The notes below the pieces were generated by a model that saw only the letters and a list, made by a program, of their open reading frames with translations, searched no databases and had not been told where the DNA came from. Shown in pieces: positions 32,184-42,892 of a stretch of 64,000 nt of DNA. Source of the DNA: Porphyridium purpureum (taxonomy: Eukaryota); NCBI GenBank assembly GCA_008690995.1, contig VRMN01000004.1, positions 310,001 to 374,000 of the forward strand, read 5' to 3'. Position numbers and translations under genes: made by a program. The first letter of the stretch is position 1, and each line of letters begins with the position of its first letter.

Positions 32184-32339
32184 ATGCAGTGGCGAAAGTT
32201 TCATGACTTTTCCTACTTTGTGGGCTGGTATGTTATGCCAGGAATGACTATCGGGACAATGATGTATTGTCGGGAAAGAGACTACCAAAGATGGCTGCGT
32301 AAGAAGGCACAGCTCTCGCCTGCTTCGGGGGAATCGTAG
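32184..32339 (+). CDS. Putative 51-aa single-pass membrane microprotein
   Basis: MQWRKFHDFSYFVGWYVMPGMTIGTMMYCRERDYQRWLRKK...; accATG context; it is the only plausible gene on the + side of the 31.7-kb promoter island. Confidence 0.45.
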   Translation: MQWRKFHDFSYFVGWYVMPGMTIGTMMYCRERDYQRWLRKKAQLSPASGES

Positions 32340-32549
32340 ACCTTTGAGGCGTCAGTTAAGGGGGGGTGTTGCACCATTGTTGCCGCTCTCCGGTGTGGCT
32401 TGGTGGACACCAGAAGCGGTACCAAGCTGTGTACCAGTTCTGTCGTGAAACGGTCTCATGGGGAAAGCGCAGCGTCCCTTTGCAATATGTACCTTGAGTT
32501 TGCTTGCATTAGAACGACAAAAAGTAAGGCTATTATCACACCGCCAGTG

Positions 32550-34289
32550 TTAAAACTCGCACTGACCCGGGTAGCGAGGGAACGGTATGACGTCCCGAAT
32601 GTTTTCCATTCCCGTGCAAAACTGCACGAACCGCTCAAAACCAAGTCCGTACCCACCGTGCTTTACGGTACCATATCGCCGCAGATCCAAATACCACCAG
32701 TACGCGGCCTCGTCCAGGCCAAAGTCCTTCATCTTGGCCTTGAGCACTTCAAGCCGATGCTCTCGCGCACTGCCACCGATGAGCTCGCCGATACCCGGCA
32801 CAAGCAAGTCGGTTGCAGACACCGTCCTGCCGTCGTCGTGGTCGTTGAACTTCATGTAGAACGCCTTGATTTCTGAGGGATAGTCGTACACAAACACTGG
32901 CTTCTGAAATAGCTTCTCCGCTAGATACCTCTCATGCTCCGTCTGCAGGTCGCTGCCCCACACGGGCGCGCCGAATTCAAACTTGATGTTTTTTTCTTTG
33001 ACGGCCTTGTTGAGCTCTTCAATGGCGTCGGTGTACGATATTCTACCAAAAGGCTCGCGCAGGCATAGGTCGAGCTTCTCCAGCAGGCCCTTCTGGACGT
33101 ACTGGTCAAAAAACTCCAGGTCTGACCCGCACTCGGACCTCAAATGCTGCAAGACATATTTGATCATGGCTTCGGCATTCTCCATTACGTCTGACAAATC
33201 TACAAAGGCCATCTCCGGTTCGATCATCCAAAACTCAGCCAAGTGGCGCGTTGTGTTGCTATTTTCGGCCCTAAACGTTGGCCCAAAGGTGTAGATGTCG
33301 GTGAGCGCGCTCGCATACACTTCGCCGCCAAGCTGCCCGGATACCGTCAGAAACGAGCTCTTGCCGAAGAAATCCTTCTTGAACTCGACTTCGCCCGACT
33401 TGTCGTCCTTCAAGGGCAGCTCGGATCCCTTGACCCCTTCTGGAAGCAACGATGTCACGCGAAACATTTCACCGGCTCCTTCACAATCAGATGAAGTAAG
33501 AATGGGCGTGTGCAGGTATACAAAGTCGCGCTGCGCGAAGAACGCGTGGATGGCCTGTGCCATGGCTGAACGCACGCGCATGGCTGCCCCAATGCTGTTT
33601 GTGCGGGGGCGCAGGTGCGCAATCGTTCTTAAAAATTCGAGACCGTGGCGCTTCTTTTGCAGTGGAAAGCTCGCGTCTGCGCCGCCAAGCAAGATGACGT
33701 CATCTGCCCGGATCTCATACTTCTGTCCCTTCCCGGGCGACTCGACGACCGTACCTAGAACGGCAACCGAGCAACCGGTGCTGAGCTGCTTCATCAGCTC
33801 GGCGTAGCCTTGCAGCTTTTCGCTGGGCACGACGATTTGAATGCCCGTCACGTTGCTGCCGTCATTGACATTTATGAAGGCAAACTGCTTCTGATCACGC
33901 ACGGTGCGGACCCATCCATTGACCTTGACGTGCGTGCCCAGGATAGCCTCATCTGCCTCGAGAATGCGCCTGACTCGCATTCTCTTGCTGCCGTTATCCT
34001 GTGCTGCATCCGGCGCACCCACTTTTACCGATCCGCCCACTGCGCTGTGCGCCGCCGGAGCCTGCGCATCACTCATGACCCATCTTCTCGCTGCGCCCTG
34101 CGTCGCACTCAGACCAGCCTCCGCCGCGTCGACCTCCAACCTCGCACGCTGGCGGCGCGCCCACGGCACCAACGTCATTGCGCCCAGCTGCGCACGTCCA
34201 TGAGACCAACATGCGCCATGCGAATGCCCGCGCCTCAGCGTCCACACTGCGGCCGCGACGCCAGCCGTCGACGACACAAACCCAAACAT
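32550..34289 (-). CDS. asnS: Asparaginyl-tRNA synthetase, organellar (plastid/mitochondrial)
   Basis: GWVRTVR, F-NVNDGS, HLRPRT, LTVSGQL, FGPTFRAENSNTTRHLAEFWMIEPE, DLRRYG-V-HGGYGLGFER, NIRDVIPFPRYPG; MFGFV transit peptide. Confidence 0.97.
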   Translation of the reverse strand: MFGFVSSTAGVAAAVWTLRRGHSHGACWSHGRAQLGAMTLVPWARRQRARLEVDAAEAGLSATQGAARRWVMSDAQAPAAHSAVGGSVKVGAPDAAQDNGSKRMRVRRILEADEAILGTHVKVNGWVRTVRDQKQFAFINVNDGSNVTGIQIVVPSEKLQGYAELMKQLSTGCSVAVLGTVVESPGKGQKYEIRADDVILLGGADASFPLQKKRHGLEFLRTIAHLRPRTNSIGAAMRVRSAMAQAIHAFFAQRDFVYLHTPILTSSDCEGAGEMFRVTSLLPEGVKGSELPLKDDKSGEVEFKKDFFGKSSFLTVSGQLGGEVYASALTDIYTFGPTFRAENSNTTRHLAEFWMIEPEMAFVDLSDVMENAEAMIKYVLQHLRSECGSDLEFFDQYVQKGLLEKLDLCLREPFGRISYTDAIEELNKAVKEKNIKFEFGAPVWGSDLQTEHERYLAEKLFQKPVFVYDYPSEIKAFYMKFNDHDDGRTVSATDLLVPGIGELIGGSAREHRLEVLKAKMKDFGLDEAAYWWYLDLRRYGTVKHGGYGLGFERFVQFCTGMENIRDVIPFPRYPGQCEF

Positions 34290-34468
34290 CGATTCCACAG
34301 ACCACCTCTTACTCTCACCCTCCTCCTCTGCCCTCTCTCTCTCTCTCTCCACCCCGCTTAGCCCCTATCCACATTCAAGCTCGCAATCTCAACCTTTGAC
34401 AAGAGCCCCCGCCCTCAATCTAACCCGCGCCCAATATCCATCCGGTTAGATCCAGGGTCAGATCGCAC

Positions 34469-34540
34469 AAACCCTAACAAACCCTAACAACCAAACCCCA
34501 CAGACCAAAACTCTAGGGTAAACAAAGCGCAAAACCCTAA
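34469..34540. promoter_or_regulatory. Telo-box-like AAACCCTAA motifs in the AsnRS/ZDS divergent promoter
   Basis: AAACCCTAA at 34469, 34479 and 34532; another copy at 36558 upstream of the OPR gene. Confidence 0.6.
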
Positions 34541-34772
34541 TTCTTGTGGGTATAAGGTACAGTGAGAATGTACTGTCAAGTGTGGAGATTGGAGGTACAG
34601 TTGATGGAACACTTGAGCTGCCGTGTCGTCGAATGTGGAGGAAGCGGGGAGGAAGAGAGTGAGAAGAGGACGGAAGGTGGTGGAGTCGAGGCTCGGAAGA
34701 CGGCTGGCAGAGGGCCTGGGCGTGGAGATACGGGTGCCGCGTGGCGCGCTGTAAGAAGGAAAAGAAGGAGAG

Positions 34773-36521
34773 ATGGCCGGAGTTGGGTTTGTGGGAAGTG
34801 CGGGTGGGGTGGTGGGTGCGGCGCGAGCTGGAGCGTGGCGTCGTGCGGAGTCACGGAGATGTGGAACGGCATGGACCGGTGCGCCGCGGCGTGCGGGAGT
34901 GGCTGGGCGAGTGAGCATGGCGTCTCCAGCGGTCGAGGCGAAGACTGGCGCAAAGGTCGTCAAGTCGCTCAAGGAGCAGGTGTGGAGCGTCAACCGCGTG
35001 AACAAGTTTCGCGGAAACGAGGGCGCGCAGAAAAAGGTGGCGATTGTGGGTGCGGGCCTGGGCGCCTTGTCGGCGGCCATCGAGCTGCTGGATGCCGGAT
35101 TCCAGGTAGAGCTCTTCGAAGGACGACCGTTTGTCGGCGGTAAGGTGGGGTCGTGGGAGGACGCCGACGGAAACCACATTGAAATGGGCCTCCATGTGTT
35201 CTTTGGATGCTACTACAATCTGTTCGATCTAATGAATAAGCTAGGTGTTTTGGAGGATAACTTTCTGGATAAGGAGCACACGCACCAGTTCGTCAACACC
35301 GACGGCGTTCTTGGCGCGCTGGACTTTCGCATGGGCCCCATCGGTGCACCAATCAATGGGCTCAAGGCATTCTTCACGACTGAGCAGCTCAAGACCGTGG
35401 ATAAGCTGGCGAACGCATTGGCGCTTGGCACAAGCCCAATCGTGAAGGGCCTGGTCAACTTTGACGCCGCGATGAAGGACATTCGCGATCTGGATGACGT
35501 GTCCTTCACGCAGTGGTTCACGTCCAAAGGTGGTTCGCGTGGCTCGATTGAGCGCATGTGGAACCCAATTGCGTACGCGCTCGGATTCCTGGACTGCGAC
35601 ACGATTTCTGCGCGGTGCATGCTCACCATTTTTATTCTGTTCGCCATCCGCTCCGAGGCCAGCAAACTGAAAATGCTCAAGGGCTCGCCGCACAATTACT
35701 TGACCAAGCCCATGGTAGATTACATCGAAGCCAGGGGCGGCAAGATCCATTTGCGCCGATTCGTGCGCAGTATTAATTATGTTGAGAAGTCTAATGGCGA
35801 CCTGGAAGTCACTGGCATTGACGTGGCGTTGGGAGCGCAGGGCAACGTGGAGACCATCAACGCCGATATTGTGGTGGCGGCGTGCGACGTGCCTGGCATT
35901 CAAAAGTTGCTTCCAGCGACGTTCCGCAAGTATGAGTGCTTTGAGAATGTTTACAAACTCAGCGCCGTGCCGGTGATTACTGTCCAGCTGCGATTCAATG
36001 GCTGGGTGACAGAGCTGAATGATATGGAAGCCGCGCAGGACGTTTCGCGAAAGAGCGGGCTCGACAATCTACTTTACTCTGCAGACGTGGACTACTCGTG
36101 CTTTGCGGATCTCGCACTGACGTCTCCGGCTGACTACTACCGCGAGGGACAGGGCTCCTTGCTTCAGGTGGTGATTACACCCGCCGACGGCTACATGCCC
36201 AAGAGCGACGCATTCATCGTGGACGAAATGATCAAGCAGACCCGAAAGCTGTTCCCGTCTGCACGTCTGCTGGAGTGCACGTGGAGCAACGTGCACAAGC
36301 TTGCGCAATCGCTGTACCGCGAGGCGCCCGGCATGGATCCCTTCCGTCCTCCGCAGCGCACACCTGTCGACCGCTTTTTCCTCGCCGGCAGCTACACGTA
36401 CCAGGACTATATTGACTCTATGGAGGGCGCCGTCAAGAGCGGCCGCATGGCGGCTGATGAAGTCATTGGCTACGTCACTGAGCAGACGTCCAGCAGTAGC
36501 AGCAACCCTGCGAGCTCATAG
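34773..36521 (+). CDS. ZDS: Zeta-carotene desaturase, plastid
   Basis: [63 protein letters not shown]; transit peptide present. Confidence 0.97.
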   Translation: MAGVGFVGSAGGVVGAARAGAWRRAESRRCGTAWTGAPRRAGVAGRVSMASPAVEAKTGAKVVKSLKEQVWSVNRVNKFRGNEGAQKKVAIVGAGLGALSAAIELLDAGFQVELFEGRPFVGGKVGSWEDADGNHIEMGLHVFFGCYYNLFDLMNKLGVLEDNFLDKEHTHQFVNTDGVLGALDFRMGPIGAPINGLKAFFTTEQLKTVDKLANALALGTSPIVKGLVNFDAAMKDIRDLDDVSFTQWFTSKGGSRGSIERMWNPIAYALGFLDCDTISARCMLTIFILFAIRSEASKLKMLKGSPHNYLTKPMVDYIEARGGKIHLRRFVRSINYVEKSNGDLEVTGIDVALGAQGNVETINADIVVAACDVPGIQKLLPATFRKYECFENVYKLSAVPVITVQLRFNGWVTELNDMEAAQDVSRKSGLDNLLYSADVDYSCFADLALTSPADYYREGQGSLLQVVITPADGYMPKSDAFIVDEMIKQTRKLFPSARLLECTWSNVHKLAQSLYREAPGMDPFRPPQRTPVDRFFLAGSYTYQDYIDSMEGAVKSGRMAADEVIGYVTEQTSSSSSNPASS

Positions 36522-36684
36522 CTGCACGGCTTCCCAATAAAAAAAGCAGCCCGGCGGAAACCCTAAAATTACCCTATGGCCATTCGTTTCCCACGCAAGG
36601 TCGCAAGCGTCGATTTGTCGCTTCGATGCGACCGCGGTGCACGTGACCACGGGACGCTTCCGCGCGGCCCGGAAAAGAACCGCA

Positions 36685-39354
36685 ATGGACGCTGGCACGC
36701 GTATCTCTTCACGCGCGCATCTGCCCATCTACTCGATGCCCTTTTGGATTTGCAGAGGGCGTCATGGAACGCATCTGCGCGATCGAATCGCTGGCGGCGC
36801 GCCTCCCTCAGCGTTTTTGGTATGGGCTCCGGCTGGTGCTTGTGGACCTTTTCGACGTGCCGTGGATGTAATGATGGTGGAGCAGGAATCTTCCACTCCA
36901 TTGCCTCAGAGTATGGCTGTGCGAATGAACTTGAATCTAGAGGGCAAACAGAGTCGGAAAAGCAGACGGCGTGTAGTCGCGCTTGCGCCGCCAAGGATAG
37001 ACACCATGGAGGACAAGCTCTTAACGGAGCTTCTCGAGAGCCTCCGCACGATTCCAGATCATGTAGATTCGGTCCGCAAATACGGCAGTTCGAAAGCTGA
37101 GACAGCGCAGAACAAGCGAGCTGAAACCAATATAGGACTAGCGGAACGGAGGCCGCATTCGTCCAGCATGAGACGCACTCTTCCCGAAGTTATAGCCATC
37201 ACAACAGAGACGCAACAGCCTGCAAAAAGTCTGCAAAGCAGTGATGACCAAAAGTGGTTCCGGGGCATGCAAGAGGCCGTGCAAAGCCCGGCAACAGATG
37301 TTGCGCGGCTGTCCAAGCTGTTGCAAATATTGGTTGCCTTCTCGCGATGCTCCGCGCGACACGAAAGGTCGGTGAAGCACTTTTTGCGTCATACGAACTT
37401 TTTGGCGAGCTGGACAACGGCATACAGGCGCAAACTTGACGAAAGAGGATCATACGATGGTGCTGAAATCGCCGCGAGATCCTTGTCTCAAGTTATCCAT
37501 TGCTTTGGTGTATTGCGAGTGAATCCTGGAGCCGAATTTATGCTTTCTTGGTACCAAACGAGCGCTGCCACAGTTGGTCTGTGGGACACGCGCGGTCTTT
37601 CGAATGCATTATGGGCTTTGTCGCGAGTGAAGGCCCGACCATCGAAGCAGTTTTGCACATTATGGGTGAACGCCTTGTCCACCTCTCGACAGGCCATGAA
37701 CGCGCAGGAAGTGAGTCAGTGTATGTGGGCGGCTGCGCGACTCGGCACCAGTGGACCGCACACCGAGGCGCTCGTCTCGTTGTGCCTCGGCAGCATCGAC
37801 CGCTTGGTGAAGGCTCCGAGCACTGTCTTTCCCGCGCATGGCGGAGCAGATCTTGTACTTGTATCCAACGTTTTGTGGGCGCTGGCCAAGCTGAATACGA
37901 TGCCGAGCGAGGCAGCCTTGTTTGCTTTGGAAACGATCTTTTATCAGGAAGCTTCCAAATCGAGAAAGGAGAGGAAGAGCAGATATCAAGAAGTCGTAAA
38001 TGTTGCATGGGCATATGCCAAGCTTGGAGTGCGACCGCGCTCTGAAATTCTGAACCTTCTGGTTTCCACCATTGAAAGCCTGCTGTGCCAGATGAACGCG
38101 CACGGACTGTCTAGCGCGCTATACGCAATGGCTAAGCTTCGGGTCTCGCTTTCGGAAGGCGCTATTTGTGCCTCGCTCGTTCAGTTTCAGACTTTGCAGC
38201 CTAACTCATTTACAGGCCAGGCGCTGAGTATCACGCTTTGGGCGCTCGCGCACATGGACGTGAAGCTTGCACCAAGTATGCAGGATCGTGCCGACAATGC
38301 AGACGTTTTTTTGACGCATTGGTATCGGTGCTTTATGATGAAGATTAAGAGCATGAACACACAGTCACTTTCAAATATCATGTGGGCTTGGGCGCGCCTT
38401 GGATTGGTTCCTCCATCAGATGTGTTAGAAACGTGGTATAGTGTGTACGTCCGCGTGGGTGCGCGCACAGCATGCGCTCAAGAAGTCGCGAATGTAATAT
38501 ACGGAATTGCACGCCTGTCCCTTCGCCCACATATCTCCTTCATGCGCAGTTGGTACGCAAGTTTCGAGCGCGAAAGCATCAACATGGATGCGCAACAACT
38601 CTCCAATGTGATGTGGTCATTTGGACGCATGCAGCCCAGCAGGCTTCCCATGAAATTGCAGCGGCGGTGGTTCCAGGCATTTGGCTTGAAGCGAGCAGCC
38701 CATAAATCCCAGGGCCTGGCTAATTCGCTGTGGGCATTGGGCAGGATGGGAATCGTACCTGGAGATGGCTTCATGAAGGAGTGGTACAGTGCATTTGCCA
38801 TCCATTCCCGACGTGGTGCAGTTACCGGCCAGGAATTGTCCATGTCGCTGTGGGCTTTTGCCAAACTACGCATAGTTCCCGAGGAAGACTTTCTGGCCGA
38901 GTGGATGCGTTGCTTTATCGAGCACCCAGACATATTCAGTGCACAAGACGTTGCTCTGGCACTGTGGTCACTCGCGAGACTAGATCTTATACCCTCGGAC
39001 AAGTTCATGGTGAGTTGGTACTCGCGCTTTTACGCACAAGCGCATAAATTGAATGGACAGGAGTTGGCGAACATTCTGTGGGCGTTCGGACGGCTCGAAA
39101 TGCAGCCGACACGGCCGTTCCTCAACATGTGGTACGACAGTTTTGCACGGGAGAGCGGTCAAATCGATTACCTGTCGCTGACGAATGCGTTGGAGGCGTT
39201 TTCGAAGCTTCACGTGCAGCCGAACGAAAAGTTTCTGAAGCACTGGCTGAAGGCCTTTAAGCGCGAGATAGTGTCGGCTCCAAAGGACTACCTGCAGCTG
39301 TACAATACGTGGGCTTTGGAGAAGTTCGGCACGTTGGTGCGTGCCATGAAGTAG
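36685..39354 (+). CDS. Octotricopeptide-repeat (OPR)-like organellar RNA-binding protein
   Basis: About 14 helical repeats of 38-40 aa with consensus Q-L-N-LWA-ARL-P-F-W. No obvious C-terminal RAP domain; start codon uncertain. Confidence 0.85.
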   Translation: MDAGTRISSRAHLPIYSMPFWICRGRHGTHLRDRIAGGAPPSAFLVWAPAGACGPFRRAVDVMMVEQESSTPLPQSMAVRMNLNLEGKQSRKSRRRVVALAPPRIDTMEDKLLTELLESLRTIPDHVDSVRKYGSSKAETAQNKRAETNIGLAERRPHSSSMRRTLPEVIAITTETQQPAKSLQSSDDQKWFRGMQEAVQSPATDVARLSKLLQILVAFSRCSARHERSVKHFLRHTNFLASWTTAYRRKLDERGSYDGAEIAARSLSQVIHCFGVLRVNPGAEFMLSWYQTSAATVGLWDTRGLSNALWALSRVKARPSKQFCTLWVNALSTSRQAMNAQEVSQCMWAAARLGTSGPHTEALVSLCLGSIDRLVKAPSTVFPAHGGADLVLVSNVLWALAKLNTMPSEAALFALETIFYQEASKSRKERKSRYQEVVNVAWAYAKLGVRPRSEILNLLVSTIESLLCQMNAHGLSSALYAMAKLRVSLSEGAICASLVQFQTLQPNSFTGQALSITLWALAHMDVKLAPSMQDRADNADVFLTHWYRCFMMKIKSMNTQSLSNIMWAWARLGLVPPSDVLETWYSVYVRVGARTACAQEVANVIYGIARLSLRPHISFMRSWYASFERESINMDAQQLSNVMWSFGRMQPSRLPMKLQRRWFQAFGLKRAAHKSQGLANSLWALGRMGIVPGDGFMKEWYSAFAIHSRRGAVTGQELSMSLWAFAKLRIVPEEDFLAEWMRCFIEHPDIFSAQDVALALWSLARLDLIPSDKFMVSWYSRFYAQAHKLNGQELANILWAFGRLEMQPTRPFLNMWYDSFARESGQIDYLSLTNALEAFSKLHVQPNEKFLKHWLKAFKREIVSAPKDYLQLYNTWALEKFGTLVRAMK

Positions 39355-39465
39355 TACTACGAGCCACAAAAAAAAAAGTATGCTTTCTTGTTTTCTTTGT
39401 TTCTTTCCTTTCTTCTTGGTTTTTCGTTTCCGAATGGTTTTCAAGCCCGTGCACAGGACAGGGTT

Positions 39466-40818
39466 TCAAAATAAGCGCTGTGTAATCCGCATTGCCGTGA
39501 CAGATGGTACACCAGCCTCACCTGTTAAGAATGCCTTGAATGCATTTCTGTCGGCGAGTTCGACCGCAAGCCCTTCCAAATCCTCGACGCATTCAATGTC
39601 GGCGCCTGCAAGCTTGTCCACTGTTTCTTTGATTTTGGCATCTGACTTGCCGGGGAGCGTGTCTGCCATGAATTTGAGCATCATGGGAGCACCGCCACCG
39701 TGATACACTGAAAGCGCAGCGAGTTTAACTGACAAGTCGCCGGTTCCGTCGCTCCCAAGCGACTTCATACTCTCGCTTGCCGCAACCCCCATACCCACCA
39801 CTTGGGGCACACCCGAGTGCGACTGTCCGCGCTTAATTTCTGAGGGCATGGGTATCTCGCCGGTCTTGAGTGACTGCGCACTATGTCGGTTCGTCATGTT
39901 TGCTTGGGTCGCTGCCGGCGCTGACGCGGCGGACGGGAGCGGTGGTACTTTTGACGGTGCGGCGCTTGACACCGCGGCGTTCGTTGAGCCGTTTTCACCT
40001 GTCGGTTTCGGAATCCAGTTGTGCTGTCGCGCTTCTCGGACAGTTATTCGCTTGTGCTGGTCCTTTTCTAACAGACGAGAGATGAGATCCATAGCCATGG
40101 GATCCATTGACTTGGGGTATTTGACTGGCGCACTTTGAATCAGTTTGGTGAGCGCGGCCATATCTTCAGACTCGAAAGGTAATCGCCCCACAAGCATGAG
40201 ATACAGCAGGATGCCACAGCTCCACGCGTCGACTTTCTCGCCGTTGTAACCGGTTGTGGAGTTTGAAAGCACCTCTGGCGCACAGTAGTACAGGGTACCG
40301 CACGCGGTGTAGAGAAGCGCATTCGGGTTTCCTGCTTCATTGACGAGCCCCGTCATGGCGGACATGCCAAAGTCTGTAATTTTGACATTGCTGGTGGCGT
40401 CGAGCAGAATGTTTTCCGGCTTGAGGTCGCGGTGGTAAATCCCCTGCTCGTGGCAGTACGCCACGCCATGGACGAGCTGGCCAAATATATGTTTTGCGTC
40501 TCTCTCGGTGAGATGCCCGCGCTTCCGCAGCAGCTCGTACAGCTCGTCGCCCTTGACCAGATCCATCACGATAAACAGCGATGCCTTTGAGATGAGCACC
40601 TCATGGAAATTCACAATGTTGGGGTGGTGCAGCTGCCGCATGATCGAGATCTCGCGCTTCACGTTCGCGGCCATCGAGTTGGCCGCGATTTCCTTCTTCT
40701 CAATAATCTTGACCGCATACTGCACGCCGGTCTCGGTGTGCTTGCCCAGCTTCACCTTGCCGAATGCGCCTTGCCCCAGCGTCTCCCCGATCAAGTACTT
40801 GCCCACCTTGACCGGCAT
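39466..40818 (-). CDS. SNF1/CIPK-like Ser/Thr kinase (CAMK group)
   Basis: VGKY-GETLGQGAFGKVK, VKREISIMR, HRDLKPEN, DFG, TACGT-YCAPE, GYNG-K-D-WSCG. Confidence 0.95.
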   Translation of the reverse strand: MPVKVGKYLIGETLGQGAFGKVKLGKHTETGVQYAVKIIEKKEIAANSMAANVKREISIMRQLHHPNIVNFHEVLISKASLFIVMDLVKGDELYELLRKRGHLTERDAKHIFGQLVHGVAYCHEQGIYHRDLKPENILLDATSNVKITDFGMSAMTGLVNEAGNPNALLYTACGTLYYCAPEVLSNSTTGYNGEKVDAWSCGILLYLMLVGRLPFESEDMAALTKLIQSAPVKYPKSMDPMAMDLISRLLEKDQHKRITVREARQHNWIPKPTGENGSTNAAVSSAAPSKVPPLPSAASAPAATQANMTNRHSAQSLKTGEIPMPSEIKRGQSHSGVPQVVGMGVAASESMKSLGSDGTGDLSVKLAALSVYHGGGAPMMLKFMADTLPGKSDAKIKETVDKLAGADIECVEDLEGLAVELADRNAFKAFLTGEAGVPSVTAMRITQRLF

Positions 40819-41194
40819 ATTCGCGTCCCCACCGTCCACCCCTCCACCACCACCTCTCCACCCCCCACCCCTTCCCCCCCACCTTCTCTCCTCCCCCTGT
40901 CTCTCCCTCTCCCGCGCTGTGTCGCCACGTTCCTCTTGGCCCAAACCTTCGCGCCCCGCCACCGAGAAGGCGCGTCCAAAAATGAGACACAGGTGCCATT
41001 TTCATAGACGCGTGTTTCCATGTAACAAGCGTGCACTGTACTTGGTAGGTACAGTGTCCATGAGGTGCGGTGCAATAGCGGTTTACCGTGGGATGAGTCG
41101 TTACCCGGGGTGTGCACGTATGTGTGTGTGTGTGCATCGGTGTTGAACAGGTACATTGCGTGGGTATGGATGGATAGATAGAACGGCGCGTGGT

Positions 41195-42481
41195 TTAGCC
41201 TCCGATAGAGATCATCGGGCGGTTCGGTTGCAAGGCGAGCTCATGCCGGTCCTTGGACCCGCCCAGCGCAAAGTGCTTGCGCTTCACAGACGCCGAAATC
41301 AGCGACACGAGATCGTCGTCCGACGCGCCGCCGCGCATCGCGTCACGCAGAGATACCTCCGCCTTCCCAAACAGACACACTTTCAGGTTGCCGTCCGCCG
41401 TCAGACGAAGCCGCGTGCACCCGCCGCAAAAGTTCTCGCTCATCGACGATATGAAGCCCATGCGGCCCGAAAAGCCGTCCAGCGTATAGGTCTTTGCCGT
41501 CTGGTGCTCCCACAACGCGCCGGGCTTCGCCGGGTCGGGCGTGAACGCACGGCGGAGCGGAAGCCCAAACTCGCGCTCAATGAGCGCCTTCATCTCCTCG
41601 TACGGAAAGAATTTCGGCTCGTTCCACTTGTTGCCGTCGAATGGCATGTACTCAATGAACCGGATTTCGAGGCGCGGTTGCTTCTCCAGCAGCCGCACAA
41701 AGCTACAGATCTCATCCTCGTTCGTGCCGCGCATCACCACTGCATTCACCTTGACAGGTGAGAACTCTGGCATCGAGAGGGCCGCGTGAATGCTTTCAAG
41801 CACCTTGTGCAGGCCAGGCCGCCGCGTTATTCGCTCGAAGCGCTCAGGGATTAGCGTGTCCAGAGAAATGTTCAGCTTATTCACACCACTCGCCGCCAGC
41901 TCCGGCAGCCGCCGCCGCAGCGCAATGCCATTCGTGGTGATTCCGAATGACCGGATCTGAGGCCGCTTACCTATGCGACGAGCAATGTCGTCAAAGTCTT
42001 TCCTCACAGTCGGCTCACCGCCCGTCAAACGAACTTTGTGGACGCCGAGCGACACAAATAAGTCCACGAGCCGATCTATTTCGGACGCGGTGAGCAGCTT
42101 TTCCGAAGGCGTCAGAGGCACGCCTTCCTCCGGCATACAATACAGGCATCGCAAATTGCACCTCTCGGTCAAAGATATGCGCAGGTATGTATGCGTCCGT
42201 CCAAACCCATCCACAAGCGCGTCGTGTACAGCCGGCTCCTTGCGAGAAGTTTCTCGTTTTCTCGCCCGCTCCAACGCTGGTACCGCATCTTCGACTCCCG
42301 CACCTCCTCGCTCCCTGTGCGCACTGGCGGACTGCAGCATACTTGTCCCGCCAAAGGCACTGGTTGCTGCCTGTGTCACCAGCTCCGTGTCACTTTGCGC
42401 TTGCGACACGCACGCCCGAGTCCATGCGGGAACTGCCGCGCGTCTCGCCACCGCGCCGGCGCGACACGCGCGCCATAACAT
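41195..42481 (-). CDS. CNX2: GTP 3',8-cyclase (molybdenum cofactor biosynthesis, MoaA/MOCS1A), mitochondrial
   Basis: YLRISLTERCNLRCLYCMP (radical SAM CxxxCxxC), RLTGGEP, FCGGCTRLR-TADG-LK-CLF and C-terminal MISIGG. Confidence 0.97.
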   Translation of the reverse strand: MLWRACRAGAVARRAAVPAWTRACVSQAQSDTELVTQAATSAFGGTSMLQSASAHRERGGAGVEDAVPALERARKRETSRKEPAVHDALVDGFGRTHTYLRISLTERCNLRCLYCMPEEGVPLTPSEKLLTASEIDRLVDLFVSLGVHKVRLTGGEPTVRKDFDDIARRIGKRPQIRSFGITTNGIALRRRLPELAASGVNKLNISLDTLIPERFERITRRPGLHKVLESIHAALSMPEFSPVKVNAVVMRGTNEDEICSFVRLLEKQPRLEIRFIEYMPFDGNKWNEPKFFPYEEMKALIEREFGLPLRRAFTPDPAKPGALWEHQTAKTYTLDGFSGRMGFISSMSENFCGGCTRLRLTADGNLKVCLFGKAEVSLRDAMRGGASDDDLVSLISASVKRKHFALGGSKDRHELALQPNRPMISIGG

Positions 42482-42892
42482 GTTTTCACCTGCGACCGCC
42501 TCCCGCTCTGAGAAAGAGGACGACTGACGCAGACCAAGACGATGGCGATGAGAATGATCAGCGCCGCGCTCTCTCCTTGCACTCGGACCAGCGACACGTC
42601 GTCGAGCGCCGCCAAGCCAGCCGTCCACAGGGCCAAACCATCGCGGGATGCGTTTTCCGCGTCTCGCGTTTTTCAGACCTGACGGAGTTCAGTTGAGAGG
42701 TACAGCACATCCAGCTCGAGACGCTTGACATTGCGGAGCAGAAGCGCCCGGAGTAGCCGCAGCGCACGTGACCATGCTTCATCGATTCGAGCCGGAATGT
42801 GCAATTGTCGCAGACGCAGCCGAGCTCGTGGCCGAGAATTGGCAAGTCGAGGTAGGAGAGGGGTGCACTTTAGCGAAGCCGGACTTTGCTGA

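Noticed and set aside
34469..34540. Telomere or chromosome-fusion scar
   Set aside because: Only three dispersed copies between intact genes; better explained as promoter motifs.
39535..39550. NAF tripeptide in the CIPK-like kinase tail
   Set aside because: Wrong position and lacks the surrounding NAF-domain consensus (LNAFDII); probably coincidental.
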